This document shows positions 60,371 to 64,000 of a stretch of DNA of 64,000 nt, one piece after another. This DNA is from Candidatus Helarchaeota archaeon (GTDB lineage Archaea; Asgardarchaeota; Lokiarchaeia; Helarchaeales; RDOG01): the NCBI GenBank assembly GCA_019058315.1, contig JAHPZH010000003.1, positions 364,451 to 428,450 on the forward strand, given 5' to 3'. Every line of letters begins with the position of its first letter. The first letter of the stretch is position 1. Below the pieces are notes generated by a model. It was not told the origin of the DNA and made no database searches. It saw nothing but the letters and a program-made list of their open reading frames with translations. The translations under genes and the position numbers were made by a program.

Positions 60371-61495
60371 TTACTTAGAATATGCTTTTTCTAGTAATTC
60401 AAGATGTTTAATTGCAACTTCTTCTCTGATTTTTCTCTGGTTGAATTCCGTTCTGATTTTTTCTATAAGATATTCTGGAAAGAATAAATTTACATTGATA
60501 TTTGACAGTAGAAAAACCCATTCGTTATTTTTATTATCTGTTATCTTTGTAAGAATATTTTTCTCAATCAATTCATTAATAATATTTCTTAATTCTTCTC
60601 CTCCAACTTCTGGCCCCTTAGGGATTTTGTTTAATTTATAGAAATTATCAGTAAATAACTTAAAAACATCATATTTATCGGGATGTTTTAAAATCGAAGC
60701 TATTTTTAAACTATCATCTGTTGAAGGTAGATAACGTGAAAAGAATTCATTTACTTGTTTTAGATATAATTGAGCTACATCTGAAGATGGTCTGTTTTTC
60801 TTTGCAAATTCAATTATTTTTAAGGCAGGACCTCTTAATATTGAAAAATCATTTAATAAAAACAAAAATTGATCACGAAAACCTGCGATCCAATCTTCTT
60901 TAATAATTCCTGTTTGAATAAACGATTCAAGGGAAATATCGAGATTTGTTATAATTTGCTTCAGATTTTCTTCGAGATATATTTTTAATTCTTTTTTAGA
61001 AAGTGGGCTCTCTTGTAATTTTCCTAGAATCTGACGTCCTTTTGGACTGGAATAGATTTGAGCTATTTTCTGTTCTTTATTAAGATTTCCCAAACGTTTT
61101 AGAAAATCAAACATTTTGGCCAAATATTTATCAAGATCTTTATAAATTTCGAATTTTTGAGATGGGTTTTCATTTAGTTTATCTAAATACTGTAAGATAT
61201 TGTTATTAATGTCAGTAACAACATCTCCGAACATCTCTGGGTCTTCACCTAGCTCTAATATTAAATTTATCATATAGGGAACGGGTGATTCAATACCCGT
61301 AAAATGGCTACTAATGTTTGATTGTGCTTTCTCTAGACGAACAATTACATTTCCCTTCTCCCCAGTTCCAGTTATATGAGCATAAAAAACTCGCATCATA
61401 TCGTCAAGATCAATTTCTAGAGTTTCCGGGAATTTTTTATTTAAAACTAATCCTTCTTCCATTGTCCATTCTAAAATTGCAAAACCTTTTGGCAA
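60371..61495 (-). CDS. Longin/uDENN-like domain followed by two wHTH-like domains
   Basis: GFAILEWTMEEGLVLNKKFP N-terminus; two helix-turn-helix-wing segments. Confidence 0.55.
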   Translation of the reverse strand: MPKGFAILEWTMEEGLVLNKKFPETLEIDLDDMMRVFYAHITGTGEKGNVIVRLEKAQSNISSHFTGIESPVPYMINLILELGEDPEMFGDVVTDINNNILQYLDKLNENPSQKFEIYKDLDKYLAKMFDFLKRLGNLNKEQKIAQIYSSPKGRQILGKLQESPLSKKELKIYLEENLKQIITNLDISLESFIQTGIIKEDWIAGFRDQFLFLLNDFSILRGPALKIIEFAKKNRPSSDVAQLYLKQVNEFFSRYLPSTDDSLKIASILKHPDKYDVFKLFTDNFYKLNKIPKGPEVGGEELRNIINELIEKNILTKITDNKNNEWVFLLSNINVNLFFPEYLIEKIRTEFNQRKIREEVAIKHLELLEKAYSK

Positions 61496-61512
61496 ATAAA
61501 TTAACTCCTTTA

Positions 61513-63999
61513 TTATTTCTTAAAAGAACTACTTTTTTCTTCTTTTAATGGCATATCTTTTAATATTTTTTCAAGATCAACGGTTTTTAATTGATTATAT
61601 AATTGTGAATTGATAATTAATTCTCTCTTTGAAGTTTGTATTGGTTTTTTTGCTTTTCTTTTTCTAATTTTCTTTTTGAGTTTTCTAATTTTCCGAATTA
61701 TCGGAGGATATCTAAAATATCCAAAATATGCTCCAAAAGAAATTAATAATACAGCAATAACGGCAATTAATAAATAAATTATAGGAGTCCAATCAGTAGC
61801 TGATGGATTAAATATAGGTATATTTTCTTTTTCCTCAATAATTGTTACATTAAGAATTGTTCGATTAATATAAAGGGTTATGTTATCAATTGAGAGTGTT
61901 AAATTATCCGTCAAAATAAAATTATCTGCAAGATTTACTTCTAATGAAAGTGAAATATTTTCATTTTTCACTAAAAGTGGAATGACATTAAATCCACCAG
62001 ATTTTGCATCCTCAAATGAAGTATTTGCACTTGTAAGTTTTATAGTTTCAGGATAAATATTATCATTAATAATAATTTTAAATTCTGAATTTGGAGATTT
62101 ATTTACTGGCCAAAGAGAATCAATTTTATATTGAAATGATAAATTAGCTTCATTTATTATGAAGTCCTTTTCATTGGCTGTTAAATTTTCACTAATTTGG
62201 CTCCAAGAACCCCGGGTATTTTGATCGATGTTTTTATCATATGAAAAAGTCAAATTTATTGCTTTTATATATGTGTAGGCCCATTCATCTACATCCCAAG
62301 CTTCATTATCTTCACACCAAAAATTGATACCCATGGTTATTGTAAAATTAAAACCGTCATTTTCTAAAACTGAAGATAGATAAAATATAAGATCTGATTC
62401 AGTAACATTATTCATAGGGGTGTCTGGAAGGTTTGTATCACCTTCATTAATATAGTTTGCTACTTCATATGTATAATTTCCACTAAGATCCGAAATTCTG
62501 ATGAAAAAATAAACATAATCACCTCTTCCTGTTTGACTTCCCTCATTGTAATCTTCGACATTTGTATTAGGACTAGCACTAATTAATGTTGATAATTCGG
62601 CAGATGTTATTGTATAGTCGCTTATATTGTTGGAGAGCGTTATATTTCTTTTCCAAATGACTCCTGGATCTTGACCTAATTGATCTCCTGCGTTTTCGTT
62701 CCAACTATGGTTTGCAAATGCACCATTACTATCAATCCAACAATAACCAATCTCAGTAGGTTCGATGGTTGTATCATTTGGGAATGTTGGATGGTCCGGA
62801 TCTCTCATCATAGTCCAATCACTAGCTAATGGAGGATTATTGATATAATTTTCATTCATATTCTTGCCTACTACTACATAATTGACATATCCAATGTCCT
62901 CAGTTAAATCTATATCAGATATATCCTCTGTTTTTGAATTGGTCCAATTTTGGGATATATTGAAATCAAAGAACGGATCTTTTATCCATTGTTTTATTTC
63001 TGTATAATCTTTAGTCTGAAGTCTAAAATCTGAAGGATTAGAACCACTTCCTTCATCATTAAAAATAGGAGTTGATATGGGAGATATATTGGAGGTTAAT
63101 AATGAAAATATCGCAAGAAATAGAATACAGAAAAATAAAAGCATCAACAGAATACTTTTTAGTTTATTTTTTGAGGAGCTGGCTTGTTTTTTTAATTGGC
63201 TTGATTCTTGAGCTGGTTTTTGTGAATATTTTTCGATTTTAAATGGTTCTAATTGTTTTTGAAGATTTGTTTGAACAATAGATTCTCTTTTAGAGACGGA
63301 GATTGGATTTTTTGCTTTTCTTTTTTTAATATTTTTCTTTAATTTTCTAATCTTACGAACAGTAGGAGGATATTTAAAATATCCTTGATAAGCTCCAAAA
63401 ACAACTAATAAACCAACAATTACTGTAATTAATAGATAAATTATTGGTGCCCAATCAGGACCTGGAGGAATATATATCGGAGGTAGTGCCTCGGGTGACT
63501 CGAAAATCGTTCGTGTAATGTATAATAATACATTATCAATGGATACTGTTAGATTATCTTCTAAAATAAAATTATCTGCTAAGTATATTTCTAATGAAAG
63601 CAAAATGCTTTTGTTTGCAATTATAAGATTTGTAACATCAAATCCACCACTTTTAGCATCTTGAAATGATAAATCTGCCTTCGATAGTTTTATCGTTTCT
63701 GAATGAGTAATATTATTTATAATAATTTGAATTTCTGAATTTGGAGAGCTATTTTCAGGCCATTCAGCATCTATTTTATATTCAAAATAGAGTTTAGCTT
63801 CATTTATTATGAATTTTCGACCATTTACAGTATCTGTGGTTTGTTTCCAAGAAGCATGGGTATTTTGATTAATCTTTTTTTCATAAGAAAATGTTAAATT
63901 AACTGATTTGATGCGGGCATAATACCATCTATCAGTATCTTGTGACCCAGGACCATTATCTTCACAAAAGAAATTTATTACTAAATATATACTAAAATC
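61513..63999 (-). CDS. Membrane-anchored surface glycoprotein with duplicated units (partial, starts beyond window end)
   Basis: Frame stays open from 63999; repeated CEDN..NLTFSY..SPNSE..ETIKL..DAKSGGF..LADNFIL..DWxPIIYLLI TM..IRKLKK units; many NxS/T sequons. Confidence 0.85.
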   Translation of the reverse strand, partial: DFSIYLVINFFCEDNGPGSQDTDRWYYARIKSVNLTFSYEKKINQNTHASWKQTTDTVNGRKFIINEAKLYFEYKIDAEWPENSSPNSEIQIIINNITHSETIKLSKADLSFQDAKSGGFDVTNLIIANKSILLSLEIYLADNFILEDNLTVSIDNVLLYITRTIFESPEALPPIYIPPGPDWAPIIYLLITVIVGLLVVFGAYQGYFKYPPTVRKIRKLKKNIKKRKAKNPISVSKRESIVQTNLQKQLEPFKIEKYSQKPAQESSQLKKQASSSKNKLKSILLMLLFFCILFLAIFSLLTSNISPISTPIFNDEGSGSNPSDFRLQTKDYTEIKQWIKDPFFDFNISQNWTNSKTEDISDIDLTEDIGYVNYVVVGKNMNENYINNPPLASDWTMMRDPDHPTFPNDTTIEPTEIGYCWIDSNGAFANHSWNENAGDQLGQDPGVIWKRNITLSNNISDYTITSAELSTLISASPNTNVEDYNEGSQTGRGDYVYFFIRISDLSGNYTYEVANYINEGDTNLPDTPMNNVTESDLIFYLSSVLENDGFNFTITMGINFWCEDNEAWDVDEWAYTYIKAINLTFSYDKNIDQNTRGSWSQISENLTANEKDFIINEANLSFQYKIDSLWPVNKSPNSEFKIIINDNIYPETIKLTSANTSFEDAKSGGFNVIPLLVKNENISLSLEVNLADNFILTDNLTLSIDNITLYINRTILNVTIIEEKENIPIFNPSATDWTPIIYLLIAVIAVLLISFGAYFGYFRYPPIIRKIRKLKKKIRKRKAKKPIQTSKRELIINSQLYNQLKTVDLEKILKDMPLKEEKSSSFKK

Positions 64000-64000
64000 A

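Overview
AT-rich archaeal chromosomal DNA with a strong Asgard (Lokiarchaeia) signature: four Rab-like and two Rag-like small GTPases, longin/roadblock, arrestin-fold, MIT-AAA and WD40-HEAT-LRR proteins. Methanogenesis markers 15/17/7 suggest an MCR/ACR-bearing lineage such as Helarchaeales (inference). No rRNA, tRNA, CRISPR array or intact mobile element was seen. Main observations: (1) The ORF track misses or splits two selenoprotein genes, hdrA (3 in-frame TGA) and mvhD (2 in-frame TGA). Each is followed 1-2 nt after its TAA stop by the same ~67-nt three-way-junction RNA, which lacks the AUGA/GA core of eukaryote-like SECIS and is a candidate non-canonical SECIS. (2) These genes lie in a 12-kb minus-strand run with two Rag-like GTPases, TPR and CBS proteins. 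Three of its proteins (an FrhB-family flavoprotein, a longin-4xCBS protein and an arrestin-fold protein) share an unrecognised ~90-aa beta domain, suggesting a redox/energy-sensing GTPase signalling module coupled to F420/Hdr electron bifurcation. (3) The acyl-CoA mutase has isobutyryl-CoA mutase specificity residues. (4) A duplicated Rab gene appears to start at ATA. All protein calls come from motif recognition by eye; no searches were run.
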